Shown here: piece by piece, positions 29,301-39,500 of the stretch
How positions within the stretch are numbered: position 1 is the stretch's first letter
Layout: each line of letters opens with the position of its first letter
Assembly (NCBI GenBank): GCA_024137785.1
Contig: JAHRHZ010000019.1
Coordinates: forward strand, 23,093,365-23,157,364
Source of the DNA: Ginglymostoma cirratum
Taxonomy: Eukaryota
DNA length: 64,000 nucleotides
Direction: 5' to 3'
The notes under the pieces: generated by a model
Told to the model about the DNA's origin: nothing
What the model saw: the letters and a program-made list of their open reading frames with translations, nothing else
Databases searched by the model: none
Program-made: the position numbers and the translations under genes

Positions 29301-31248
29301 TGCTCTTTCTGCTCTTTTCTATTCTCTCCTGTCCAGCAAATATTAAATTTATATTTCAGACAATGAATTGATTTATAATTTGAATATAATTTACATCAGG
29401 TCAACCTATACTTAAGTCAAGATCAATTCTCTGTAGTTAAATGAATTGCTATAGTCACCATTTTCTCATTTACACTATTAGATCATTTTTCATCAAATCA
29501 AGTCAAGAAAGTTAATTTGGATGATGCTATGGTTTTTTTTAAAAAAGATCAACATGTTCGGACATGTTATGACACGCCTTCACACAACAGATGAGACTTA
29601 AGTTGAGACATTCTGACCCAGAGGTAGGGACATTGCCACCGCATTACAAGAACCCAGATATCATATAATATGCCCAAGTTTTAAAATTAGTTATTTAATG
29701 ACTGCCACAATAAAACAATAGTCCTGCTTAAGCAGCAACATTTAAACTTATTTCATTTAGGCTAAAAAAGTAAGCAATTTGGTCTGGAAATCAACCATCA
29801 AATCTTAAAACATGGCTATAGTTACATCTCTCAGATACAAGAGATTCTCAACCTTACCTTTAAAGATGCTCCTTGGCCTTGTTCATCTACAACAGCCTTC
29901 CTCAGTACTTGGTTCTGAGCACGGAGCTAAAATATTTCAAGAGGTTAATATTTTACCAATGGAATACACAGCAATAACTTCAGTAAACATTAGGTTAACC
30001 AGTTACAAAGCAGAATTAACTTTTCATGTAGCTAGTAATTCAACATGTGCTCACAGTATTAAAGATAAAATAAATATATGCTACAAAGCTTTCACAAATA
30101 ATTCCTTTCATCAGTAAAATAGGGAATATAAACACTTACAGTGCAAAAAATTTGTTCAATCTACAATTACTTGCAAGAGAGTTTTCTATCAGTTCCCTAC
30201 TGTTTGCATACCTTCGATCATTTCTCAAATCATAAATTTGATAAGCTGTCCAAATTTCTTTCAATGCTTCTTTTCAGTTATAATTAAGAACTGCATAACC
30301 TGAGAAGCAGGCATACAATTTACTCTGGGCCATTCTCTTTTCGACAAAAACAGGAAGCAACAGTTCTCTTTCCAGAACTTCCACCAATGGCATGGCCAAA
30401 AATCAAGAACTTACCTTGTGGAGAAAATATCATGTACTTGGATCTCACCACAGCATATAGTATCAAAGCTACTGTTCCAAATATTCCTGATTCAATGTAT
30501 AACTTAGTTTAAATGTATTTGGCGATTTAACAATTTGCTCAAGTCACAATTCATTATTTCCAAACAAACCCAGCAAGTAATAAAGAAATTACTTCGTATA
30601 TTATGTCAGGAAGAATTAATATTTAGTCTATTTATAACAATATATAATACATATGGAACAACGTGCAACTCAATTTGCAGACAGAGCTTCCTGAACATCT
30701 CAAATGGCTCCCATCACTACCCAACTGCTGAAATCGGTACCTTCACACGGGTGTTAGTTAACTGAAGACACACCCATGTTTGGAAAGTGCTTTGACAGTT
30801 CAGATATACACACTACAAACCTTAATTCTAAAGAAAGCAAACAGAAGCCAAACTTTAGTAGGCTCTCTCTTTGGAGATGATATCCCATTTCCAGCATTTA
30901 AATTTTGTTCTTCCTACATAACCGTAGACTAAGAAAGGTTCAAAAGTAGCATAAACGTAATTCAGAGGTGATTTATTGTGAACCAGATGTTTTGCGATTT
31001 CCAGTCTGTTTCAAAATCGTATATAAGCTAATGTCAATGAAGAAACCAAATTAAAATTTCGGCAACATAAGCATGTATTTCCACAGTGATTCGAACTAGA
31101 GGTCAGTTTGCTCCAAATTGACGGTCAATCGCAGAAAAAAACAAAGTGAAGAAAAACAAAACAGAAAATGAGCACACCAGACAAACAGACACACCTTGGA
31201 GTACTCCTGTGCAAGTTTCTGATACTTGGCTTGCAAATCTGCAGCCAT
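2297..31248 (-). CDS. PPP1R21: PPP1R21 (protein phosphatase 1 regulatory subunit 21, coiled-coil FERRY-complex subunit), 5' part: coding exons 1-8, continuing beyond the left edge
   Basis: Eight GT-AG exons splice in frame to 248 aa: MAADLQAKYQKLAQEYSK|LRAQNQVLRKAVVDEQGQGASLK|EELKMKDQSVRKLQQEMDSLTFRNQQLAKRVELLQEEL...KYMDTIEKLQNDKANLE|VKSHSLEREAKDCRLRTEEC|...KVPFNDT|RFAEYSVLDVPVHDRRHQ. This matches the vertebrate PPP1R21 N-terminus as recalled (MASAELQGKYQKLAQEYSKLRAQNQVLKK...). Confidence 0.96.
4674..4768 (-). CDS. PPP1R21: PPP1R21 exon 7 (QQQLKNIHTDLSSRLDQSISIIQDKVPFNDT)
   Basis: Acceptor atgcag|C, donor A|gtgagt, 95 nt; follows a 94-nt intron. Confidence 0.94.
4863..4921 (-). CDS. PPP1R21: PPP1R21 exon 6 (VKSHSLEREAKDCRLRTEE-C)
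   Basis: Acceptor ctcacag|GTG, donor TG|gtaaga, 59 nt, ends in phase 2. Confidence 0.94.
5030..6200 (+). mobile_element. Degenerate L2-like LINE fragment interrupted by a G-rich insert (about 5925-6085)
   Basis: Pyrimidine-rich decayed RT-region sequence typical of L2 3' ends; no intact ORF. Confidence 0.45.
7150..8090 (+). mobile_element. CR1-clade LINE 3' fragment (decayed)
   Basis: Frameshifted RT C-terminal motifs (EVMHFGRKN, LYKALV, GDLIE) and 3' UTR gatcagccatgatctc...gaatggcctact. Confidence 0.85.
8378..8620 (-). mobile_element. Penelope-like element end (family B) with G-rich tract
   Basis: aaacagaaattgctgg..aaactcaggtctggcagcatctgtgg..agaaagcagagttaa motif recurring across the window; degenerate CTGAAGA..GAAA on the minus strand. 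Confidence 0.7.
8840..9004 (-). CDS. PPP1R21: PPP1R21 exon 5 (IQEAQAKH...KYMDTIEKLQNDKANLE)
   Basis: Acceptor gtacag|ATA, donor GAG|gttaga, 165 nt. Confidence 0.95.
9035..9322 (+). mobile_element. 3' end of a second LINE family whose tail is shared with a tRNA-SINE
   Basis: Ends ...gcaataaatactggcc...cacatccaatgaatgaataaaa, the same tail as the SINEs at 14455, 23905 and 58200. Confidence 0.6.
10085..10374 (+). mobile_element. tRNA-derived SINE, HE1/V-SINE type
   Basis: A box (tggcacagtgg), B box (ggttcaattcc), V-domain core (tggagtttgcacattctc) and CR1-like tail ending gggattcta. Confidence 0.9.
10790..11500 (-). mobile_element. Decayed LINE RT fragment
   Basis: Minus strand retains a GVPQ-type RT motif (tgaggaactcc at about 11005-11016); homologous to 23500-24500, 50390-51400 and 57650-58900. 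Confidence 0.6.
13480..14372 (-). mobile_element. Penelope-like retroelement fragment with GIY-YIG endonuclease remnant
   Basis: Minus strand at about 14130-14065 reads NLVYCIH..(frameshift)..CGPLYTGETTCR, a GIY-YIG motif; upstream PLSAFHRDCSLQDTLIHS is typical of Penelope ORFs; family-B terminus at about 13480-13550. Confidence 0.8.
14455..14800 (-). mobile_element. tRNA-headed SINE (second family)
   Basis: Head ggggagacaatggcctagcgg on the minus strand; homologous to 23905-24238 and 58200-58710. Confidence 0.75.
14990..15700 (-). mobile_element. Decayed CR1-clade LINE RT fragment
   Basis: Minus-strand FADE.TK (tctcatcagcaaatttg) and LDFHKAF (aaatgccttgtggaaatctaag) RT motifs. Confidence 0.7.
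15955..16268 (+). repeat. Head-to-tail trimer of a ~115-nt tRNA-headed SINE-like unit
   Basis: Three diverged copies of cagtggtagtgtccctacctctgggccagaagg..gttcaagtcccacc..ctgaacaggttgattagaaaata. Confidence 0.65.
17520..17621 (-). CDS. PPP1R21: PPP1R21 exon 4 (KSVDPPTQMNQQRQSVFDEDLQNKIQENEHLHRQ)
   Basis: Acceptor tacagcag|AAG, donor CAA|gtacgt, 102 nt; conserved SVFDEDLQ motif. Confidence 0.93.
18880..20880 (-). mobile_element. CR1-clade LINE fragment split by a ~770-bp insertion (about 19441-20205)
   Basis: CR1 3' UTR at about 18890-19000; LINE sequence stops at ggtctaactag (19440) and resumes at tagcaagacttccct (about 20216); homologous to the uninterrupted copy at 44390-45375. Confidence 0.75.
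19441..20205 (+). mobile_element. Possible solo LTR inserted in the CR1 fragment
   Basis: Non-LINE block interrupting CR1, with TATA-like (ttataaa) and AATAAA (about 20117) motifs; termini not clearly TG..CA. Confidence 0.35.
21660..22222 (-). mobile_element. Penelope-like retroelement fragment (family B)
   Basis: ORF 21962..22225 KCRLGDCFAEH...PVACHF...HISVFGLLQCSSEAQHKLE is the GIY-YIG C-terminal half; family-B terminus at about 21670-21750. Confidence 0.8.
23370..23480. mobile_element. Short inverted Penelope-like insertion with 14-bp target-site duplication
   Basis: ACCATTTAGAGGAG at 23356-23369 and 23481-23494; interior is a reverse then a forward family-A-like segment. Confidence 0.75.
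23905..24238 (-). mobile_element. tRNA-headed SINE (second family) nested in a LINE remnant (23500-24500)
   Basis: Head ggggaggcaatggcctagtgg and B box gttcaaatccc on the minus strand; tail gtgaatgaacaaa. Confidence 0.8.
24520..25535 (-). mobile_element. Decayed CR1-clade LINE fragment
   Basis: Minus-strand VPQGSVL motif (tactgatccctgtggtacac, 24601-24620); ORF2 linker residue YDCAKMGGKSEDWTEY. Confidence 0.7.
25901..26047 (-). CDS. PPP1R21: PPP1R21 exon 3 (EELKMKDQSV...EAKGKKSK)
   Basis: Acceptor cctcag|GAG, donor AAG|gtaaaa, 147 nt; contained in track ORF 25844..26134. Confidence 0.96.
26200..27400 (-). mobile_element. Degenerate L2-like LINE fragment
   Basis: Purine-rich plus strand; minus-strand LDLSATFDMIDHTILF-like RT motif (about 26655-26700). 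Confidence 0.6.
28010..28552 (+). mobile_element. CR1-clade LINE 3' fragment
   Basis: ORF 28097..28360 RLGLFS..RRMKGNLIQTYKILTGLDRVD..RTRG..FFTQRVV. Confidence 0.9.
28890..29052. mobile_element. Short inverted Penelope-like element (family B)
   Basis: cagagctaacgtttcaagtc ... gacttgaaatgttaactctg inverted pair with degenerate hammerhead core. Confidence 0.65.
29858..29926 (-). CDS. PPP1R21: PPP1R21 exon 2 (LRAQNQVLRKAVVDEQGQGASLK)
   Basis: Acceptor ttttag|CTC, donor AAG|gtaagg, 69 nt, phase 0/0. Confidence 0.95.
31195..31248 (-). CDS. PPP1R21: PPP1R21 coding exon 1 (MAADLQAKYQKLAQEYSK)
   Basis: Strong Kozak context gaccATGG; 54 nt; donor AAG|gtgtgt; lies at the edge of the CpG island. Confidence 0.95.
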
Positions 31249-31249
31249 G

Positions 31250-31900
31250 GTCAGCAAGCGGCTGATGGCGGTGGGGGAAACGGTGCTTGCAAGGGGCAGC
31301 CAAAGCCTGGCACATTACTCGGGGCGAGGGACTCTCGAGATCCGTCTCTCTCACACAGGCAGCGACATCAAAATAATGGGCTTTTCGTGGGTGGGGGTAA
31401 GAAAGCCAGCGACCGCCAGCCACTAAGTGATAACCGGTTTGTTCCTCCAACCTGCCTGCAACTGATATGACTGACCCGTCAGCCTGAAAATAGCCCCTCC
31501 ACCCTGTATCAATTGTCCAGACAGAGCGTGAAGAATTCGCACTTTTTTTGTGAGATACTGGAGCTTTTGCCTCGGCCAGCGCCCCTTAGAATAAGGGTTA
31601 AAAGGAGTTATTTCCTCTGGCCGAATGAGAAAACAGGCTGCAGCCGCGGCAGACAAGACATCCAAAGACGCATCCGATTTTCAGGCCCACTTCCACCCTC
31701 GCAACGACCACTTCCGGCTCCGCGAGGGGCTTCAAAAGGCCGACGCGCAAGCTCGCCGTGACGTCAACGCGCCCGGCGTCGTCGCCGTAGCAACGGGACC
31801 GCGTGAGACGCTGCGGCGGCGTGGCCGGTCCTCACTCGACGAGAGAGCGTGCGCGCCGGGGCCAAGTAAATTGTCATGGCAACAAGCTAGCAGCGGCTGA
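31250..31900. promoter_or_regulatory. CpG-island promoter of PPP1R21 with ETS (ACTTCCGG 31710-31717), CRE (TGACGTCA 31759-31766) and two RFX X-box-like motifs (31781-31794, 31870-31883)
   Basis: Only strongly CpG/GC-rich stretch in a CpG-depleted window, immediately 5' of the start codon; motifs read directly from the sequence. Confidence 0.85.
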
Positions 31901-34030
31901 ATCCAAGGTAACTTCAAATAAAATACAACAAACAAATCACTAAAAAGGTTATAAAGAGAGCCCACCACTTTCCCGCAAGTGTGAAATCCAAACCATAAAG
32001 TTGTTGAAAATGCACACCAGGTAAGTTAAATTGTGAAATGAATTTAATTCAAAAGAATTGCTGACAATAACCTATGTACAGTATTGCAACAAACTGGAAA
32101 TCGAAAACCATCTTGTTCGCGATAAGTCACTGCTAAGTTATGTTTGCTACTTTTAATTCTTTCGATCGTTCATATGACACATAAGTTAAGCTGTGAAAGG
32201 AAAAAAATAATTTGAACGAGTTGCTGAGTAGTGGTTTTCTTTTATTGGGATAGGTATTCCACTTTTTAAATTATTTGCTGTTTTGTTATACTTTAAATAC
32301 AAATACATCAGATTTAATTTATTGCCACCTCCTTAAATTGGCTGTAATATCCTTCAATACACATCTTTGTTATAATTTGTTCTTTATCGGTCGTGGGTTT
32401 TTCTGGACTTCACAAATAGGGAGTCAGTGACATTGAAGTTCGAGACAAAAGGCCTCTGCTGTTTTTCGCCCGTTTTGTTTTGGTTACCAGGATTCGATTT
32501 GTTGATGAGCAATAAAAACAGAAAACACAAGTCCGGCAGCATCTGCATACAGAGAAACAGTTAATATTTCAAGTCAATGATCTTTATTCAGCATTGGAAA
32601 ATGTTAGATTTGTTGAAGTTAACAGTTGCTAATAAGAATCTCTTCATTTTTTTTTCTATAATAACTTCCATTTGCCACAATCTATTAATTTAAAAACCGA
32701 GGCCAAAAATAACCTTCAGGTGACGGGTAGTATGGATAAGGTGGTGTCGAAGATTCATCATTGTGACCATAAACACAGTAAGACTAACAATTGCGAACAC
32801 AATTTGAAGTCACTGCTTGAAATGATGATTGAGAATGCAGTGTGTCTATATGTGCACTTTACATAAATTTTAATATGTTGGCTTTTTACTATTAATCTGC
32901 ACATACCAAAGTGAATGAAGTATTAACTAGAGAGCAAGCAGGGGAGGGGGATTGGCAAAAAGGGGATAGGAGAGAGACATGGAGAAAAGGTTGGATTTAG
33001 GGATATGGATAGGTAGAGAACTGGGGAGAAGTTAATGGATTTTTATTGGTAAGTGAGATGGATAAACAGCCTGTGGACAAAGGAGCAGGAGTCTAGAAAT
33101 AATTTTCCTGATGAGTTAGAAGTAGACGAACATGGATCACGACTGATTCTTTGGGAGAAGAGCCAAGAGTAAAATGCCAGGGTTGGACTTGTAAAACTCT
33201 TTTGCTAGGGTTGGAATATCATAATTAATTCTTAGTGGGAGGTAATTGAAATGGAGGGAAAAAAGGAACATTGACCAACCATAGACTATGAGAGGGTATA
33301 TTGTTGCTCAGTCTTGATTTGCTCAGCTCACCGCAAGAGCAGCAAGTTAACTGATTGTGAGCTCAAGGAGGAGTAAGATTAGCCAAGCAATCTGGAATTG
33401 TATCCAGCTTCCAAGGGAAACTGGTGAGCAGACTGAGGAGTAAAACAGACTCTTTGGCATAAAAAGAAACTAAAAGAAACACTAGCATTTATACGCTGCT
33501 AATCATAACTACATGCTAAATGTCTCACTTCACAGGAGATGAAATCCTTTTGAAGTGTAGTCACTGTTGTGTAGGCAATGTAAACAGTAAAAAACAGTTA
33601 AATGAATAAGTGATTAGGCTGGAATTACAGAATATTGGGAGAGGGGTTGCAGATGAAATGCTTTGAAGCAGCGACAGCTAAGAAGGAGGCCATTTGACCC
33701 ATGAAGACCATGCTGGCTTTCAAGAGCACAGTCTAGACAGTACTACTCCCGTGCCTGTCATAATTATGAACATGTTCATCAAATTGCTTCAAGGAGAACA
33801 ACTGCAGCTTCTCTAACTTTACTGGAGAATTGCAATGGGGCTGCTTTTAAGATCATAAGAAATAGGAGCAAGAGAAGGCATTTAACCCCTAAAGCCTGCC
33901 CAGTAAGATCATGGCTGATATGATTGTGGCGTTAATTCCACTTTCCCACCAGCAGAAGCTCATCCCCGTTATTCTTGATTTCATTGTCGATCAAAAACCT
34001 GTCTAATTCAGTGTTGCATAATTCTATAAT

Positions 34031-34335
34031 AGGGCTCAAGGTTCAGTGGGATGCCCTACCTCTGGGCTAGAAGGCCTGGGGTTCAAGTCCAACCGCTCCA
34101 GGTGTGCATCATGTCTGAACTTGTTGACTAGAAATATCTTTAGTGATATATTTACTGGGTCTCTTGTGGTACAGCGGCAGCGTCCCTACCTCTGAGCCAG
34201 TGTTCAAGTTCCATCTGCTCTAGACGTGTGTCATACTATATCTGAGCAGGTTTGATTAAATATATCTACATATATATAAAGGGATTTTGTGATGCAGTGT
34301 TAGTGTACTTAGCTCTGACATGAGAGGCCCATGTT
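34031..34335 (+). repeat. Second head-to-tail array (2 full + 1 partial) of the ~115-nt tRNA-headed unit
   Basis: Same unit as 15955-16268; single reverse copies at about 29545-29655, 39845-39960 and 48465-48550. Confidence 0.65.
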
Positions 34336-34489
34336 AATTATTTGAGACCAATTGTAATTTTGCAACATGGTGACAAGGGACAGGAGAGGATAGTCTGGAC
34401 TTTAATGTAACATGATTTCTCCCTTGTGATAAATAGATTGTTCGTCTGTTATTATTGGTGTCAAATATGGAGGAAGGTTGTCACAATAG

Positions 34490-34735
34490 CTGAAACAGAA
34501 ATAGAAATTGGGGGAGAAACTCAGCAGGGCTGGTAATATCCATGGAGGGAAAGCAGAATTAACATTTCGGGTCCAGGGATGGCTAATGGTAGGTTAGGAA
34601 GAAAGAAATGCTGCTAATGGGGGCCCTATGTAGGTGAAAATGGATTGGCTGTGCTGAAAGCAGCCCACGTCATGACAGGGCCGAGGCTGGGGTGGGTAAA
34701 GGATGTTGAGGAAGGTGTTCATGTCCTAAAATTCT
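34490..34735 (-). mobile_element. Penelope-like element end (family B)
   Basis: Same terminus as the 8378, 13480 and 21660 copies. Confidence 0.6.
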
Positions 34736-35509
34736 CGTGTGTGGGTTTGAATATTTAATACTGTATGGTGCTTGGATGAGAAATTAAAAGCAACACTCTT
34801 TATTGCACAGGGAGAGACTTGGTTGGAGTTTGTAAAATCAGCCCATACATCTAGCAACAGTAGGCAAAAGACACTATTAAAACTTTGATTGTTGTGACTG
34901 TGTGTATTGTTCCTTCAACCTGAGATTTGACAGTTGCCAGGACAACATTGTTGATTCCTTTTACAAATACTGCTGTGTTTTTTTTATATTCATTGAACAT
35001 CAAATCACATCTTGACTTAATGTTTAATCAAATGGATGGAATTACAGCAATTTCAGGAGTGCACAAAAGTATTAGCATCAATTATATGCTCAAGGTCTGT
35101 CATGGGGACTGAACCTACAACCTTCTGGTTTGCTATTGAGAATACAATCAACTGAGAAAACTGATTAAAAACTCACTTTCAGTTGGCTGATAAATATCTA
35201 GTACGTAATTATTTACCAGCTGAACTAAATCAGCCTGTGGTTCAACTGGATCTCTGCTCAATATCAACTTTACTGGCTAGAGTTATTCAGCTTTATTTTG
35301 AAAAAAAAAAGGCCCAGATTTTCCTAGACAGCTGTTTTCCAGCGTAGATGGGAATTGCTAATGGGGACTCTGTAGAATCCCTATTGTAGCAGGCGCTGAA
35401 GGAATTGTCCAGAAGATTCCACTGAGTGATTTCTCTATGTCTGGAACACTCCAAAAGTCTCCATTTAAATCATAGACGTTGGACAGTTCTGATGAAATTG
35501 GGTAAAATA

Positions 35510-36625
35510 AGTTGCTCAGGAAAAGTTACACTACATAAGTTGCAGGTGTAGAATCTGTGTGGGTAGAATTGGGGAACTGCAAAGGATAAAAAGACCCTGA
35601 TGGGGGTTGTGAACAGGCCTCTGAGCAGGATTCAGGATGTGGGCTGAAAATAAATCAGGAGATAGAAAAGGCACGTAAGAAAGGCACTATTGCAAAAATC
35701 ATAGGTGATTTCAATATGCAGTGGACAGGGAAAATCAGGTTAAGAGCAATCCCAAGAAAAGTAATTCATAGCATGTCTATGCGATGTTTTTTTGGAACAA
35801 CCTGTGGTAAAGCCCACTAGAAAACAGGCAATTCTGGATTTGGTGATGTGTGATGAGGCAGCCTTAATTAGGGAGCTGAAGGTGAAGGAATCCTGAGGGG
35901 ACAGCGGCCACAGTATGATAGAATTCACCCTGCAACTTGCGAGGGAGAAACAGGAATCAGACATAACAGTATTACAATTGAGTAAAGGTGACTACAGAGA
36001 CATGAGGAAAGAGTTAGCAAGACTTGATTGGAATATTAGCCTTGCTGGGAAGATGGTGGAACAGCATGGCAGGAATTTCTGGGGGTAATTTGAAAGGCAC
36101 AGCAGAAATTCATCCATGGGAGAAGAAACATACCAAAAGTAGGATGAGGCAACCATGGCTGACGAGGGAAGTGAGGGACAGTGTAAAAGCAAAAGAAAAA
36201 GCGTATAATATGGTGAAATTTAGTGGGAACCAAAGCATTGGTAAACCTTTAAAAACAGCAGAGGACAACTAAAAAGGCCATGTGGGGTGAAGCTGAATTA
36301 TGAGGCAAGCTAGCTAGTAAAAGAAAAGAAGATTGCAAGAGTGTTTTTAGATATATAAAAGGTAGGGGAGAGAGGCAAGAGCGGACATTGGACTGCTGGA
36401 AAATGAGCCTGGAGAAGAGGTAAAGGGGAACAAAGAAATGGCAGAGGAACGGAATAGATATTTTGCATCAGTCTTCACAGTGGAAGACACGAGCAGCATA
36501 ACAAAACTGCAAGAGCGTCAGGGGGCAGATGTGAGTGTCGTGGTCATCGCTAAGGAGTAGGTGCTGAGGAAGCTGAAAGGTCTGAAGATGGATAAATCAA
36601 CCGGACCAGATGGACAACAGCCTAG
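35510..36625 (+). mobile_element. CR1-clade LINE ORF2 5' fragment (AP-endonuclease to linker)
   Basis: ESVWVEL, IGDFN, LEQPV..PTRKQAILDLVMC, QPWLTREVRDSVK and YFASVFTVED motifs, with frameshifts. Confidence 0.85.
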
Positions 36626-37874
36626 AGTCTGAAGGTGAACTTTCCCCAGACTACTAACACACACCTCAGATCCCAACTCAATACCATCCCCCACCCCTCA
36701 GCAGACCTGACACCTCCCATCCCTGTTCCTGATCTGATTGATCCCCACATATCCCTGCTGAAGTTCAAGTTCCATCGGCTACAGAAGTGTGTAATGATAT
36801 CTGTGAACAGGTGGATTAGAAAGATATGCATATTCCACAGCCCAGGCTCCAGTGCTGTCTAGGGAAGAGAATTCTAAAGAATTACAGTCCTCTGAAAGAA
36901 TAAATTCATCCCAGTTTCCGTCATAAGAGAAACCCTCTAGTTTTGAACTGTGACCCGTAGTTCTAAGTTCCTACAAGGAGGAACATTCTCTCAGCATCTA
37001 CCCTATCAAGCCCCCTCAGAATCTTGCATTTTTTCAATAAGGCCATTTCTGTTTCTTCTAAACTCCAATGAGTACAGGGCCAATCTACTAAACCTCATAA
37101 GTCAGCTATTTTGGTCAAGAGTCAGGCCAGTGAACCTTCTCTGGACTACTTCTAATGCAAGATTTTCCTCCTTAAGTAAGGAGGTCTAAAGTTTCCAAAC
37201 TAACCAGGGGTGTGGTCTCACCAATGCACTGAAAAGTTATAGCAAGGCTTCCATACTCGTCTACTTTATCACCTTTGCAATAAAGGCCAACATTGCATTT
37301 TTCTTCCTGACTACTTATTGTATCTGCATGCTGGCCTTTTGTGGTTTTACCGGACGTCTAGATCACTCTCCTGTAGCATTCTGCTGTCTCTATCCATTTA
37401 AATAATATTCTGCTTTTGTATTCTTCCAGTCAAACGGAACCTCACATTTTGTCATATTATGTCTACCTGCCAAATTTTGCACTCTTGGTTAACTTATCTG
37501 TATCCCTTTGCTGATTCTAAGTATTCTCCTCACAGCTTGTTTTCCGACCTATCTTAAATCACCAGCAATTTTTTTCACAAAGCAGGTGGTCCTTTCATCC
37601 ATGTCATTCATGTAGACTCTAAGTAGTTGAACTGTGAGCACTGAACCGCTGTGGTATTCCACCAGTTAATTTGCCAAACTAAACAGGATTCATTATGCCA
37701 ACTCTCTGTTCTCTATTCGCCAATCCTTTATTAGGTGAAGACATCCCATCCAAAACACCATAACCTCTTATCTAGTGCAGTACTCTTTTAGGTGGAACAT
37801 TTTCAAATGTCTTTTGGAAATCTAAATAGGCTACATGTACTGATTTCCCTTTATCCACTTTGCTAGGTACACCC

Positions 37875-38110
37875 CAAACTCACTCCACAGAGGCCGGCAT
37901 CACGTCACCAAGTCCCCCTTTATTTACATGTGGAGAGTCCTTGACACTGATCCAGTTCTTTCAGAGCCAGCTCTCAGAGTGAACAGGATATCTGACTCTT
38001 GCATTGTTATCTGTCAGCCAGGGCTCCCTTATTAGACCAGATTAACAGCTCCAACCAGAGAACTTGTATTCTATGAGGTCCATCTGGCTGACCTCATTAC
38101 AATCACAACA
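37875..38110 (-). mobile_element. Probable solo LTR (~235 bp)
   Basis: Minus strand starts TGTTGTGATTG, has AATAAA near its 3' end, and interrupts contiguous CR1 sequence. Confidence 0.55.
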
Positions 38111-38550
38111 ACTTCAAAGAAGTAATAAATTTGTCAAACACAATTTCTTTTTCACGAAATGATTTTGACTCAGCCAGCCATTACCTCCTTAATAATTCCA
38201 GCATTTTCCTAATTAAAAATGTTAGGCTAACTGGCCTATAGTTTCTTGTCTTTTTGACTCAAAATTCCTTGAAACACTTGCAGTTTTCCAATTTTCTGAG
38301 ACCTGTCCAGAATCTAGGGCAATTTAGAAGATTAAGACCAATGTATCACCTATCTCTACGGCAAACTCTTCTAAGACCCTAGGATAAAGGATGAGGATAA
38401 GGTCCAGGGGATTTTTCAGCCTTAGTCCTATTTGCTGCAGTAGTACTTTTACTCCAGTGATTGTGATTGTTTCAGGTTCCTGCCTCCGTTTTGTCTCTAG
38501 GTTTTCTATGATTCATGGAGTGCTTCTTTGTGTCTTCTTATGTAGAAGAT

Positions 38551-39500
38551 CAGGTCAGAAATCACATGACACCAGGTTGTAGTCCAACAGTTTTATTTGA
38601 AAACACAAGCTTTTGGAGCCTCAGTCCTTCTTCAGGTGTTAGTGAGAGAGGTAGTATCAGACACAGACTTTATAAGTAAAATTAACAATTGACAATTAAT
38701 TAAAATTAATAATTAATTAATTAATAAGCAACACCATTGATGAAGATGTACTAAACAACCTAAGATGCTGTTAAATCTTTAATCAGTTAGAAGGTTTTAA
38801 TTGATTAATACGGGCAGTACGGTGGCTCAGTGGTTAGCACTGCTGCCTCACAGCACCAGGGACCCGGGTTTGATTCCACCCTCGGGCCACTGTATGTGTG
38901 GAGTTTGCACATTCTCCCTGTGTCTGCGTGGGTTTCTTCTGGGTTCTCCAGTTTCCTCCCACAGTCCAAAGATGTGCAGGCTAGGTGAATTGGCCATGCT
39001 AAATTGCCCATAGTGATCAGGGATGTGTAGATTAGGTGGGTTTATAGGGGAATGGGTCTGGGTGGGATGCTGTGTGGGTCGGTGTGGACTTGTTGAGCCA
39101 AACGGCCTGTTTCCACACTGTAGGGATTCTATGTATACGTAAATCCCCGAATTCCTTCCAAGTCACGGTGCTGAGAGAATTAAAGGTTTTATCAGTGCAT
39201 CACAGTACCGTGATTTGAAAAGAATTCGGGGATTTACATATACATATTAATCAATTAAAACCTTCTAACTGATTAAAGATTTAACAGCATCTTAGGTTTG
39301 TTAAGTACATCCTCATCAATGGTGTGAACCTTTGATCTTCTACCTATAAATTCTGTGTCTGATACTACCTCTCTCACTAACACCTGAAGGAGGACTGAGG
39401 CTTTGAAAGCTTGTATTTTCAAATAAACCTGTTGGACTATAACCTGGTGTCATGTGATTTCTGACCATGGCCATCCCAGTCCAACACTGGCACCTCCACA
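38551..39500. mobile_element. Penelope-like element (family C) as a long inverted repeat with 13-bp TSD
   Basis: TTATGTAGAAGAT at 38538-38550 and 39501-39513; arms about 38553-39170 (minus the SINE) and 39203-39466 are reverse complements; hammerhead-like cores at 38602-38640(-) and 39379-39417(+). Confidence 0.8.
38811..39131 (+). mobile_element. HE1/V-SINE-type tRNA SINE inserted in the left arm of the inverted repeat
   Basis: A/B boxes, V core and gggattcta tail; absent from the right arm. Confidence 0.9.

Noticed and set aside
31103-31968. Cluster of overlapping ORFs in the CpG island
   Set aside because: GC-rich sequence is depleted of stop codons; no recognisable protein other than the 18-codon PPP1R21 exon 1, which is in a frame not listed in the track.
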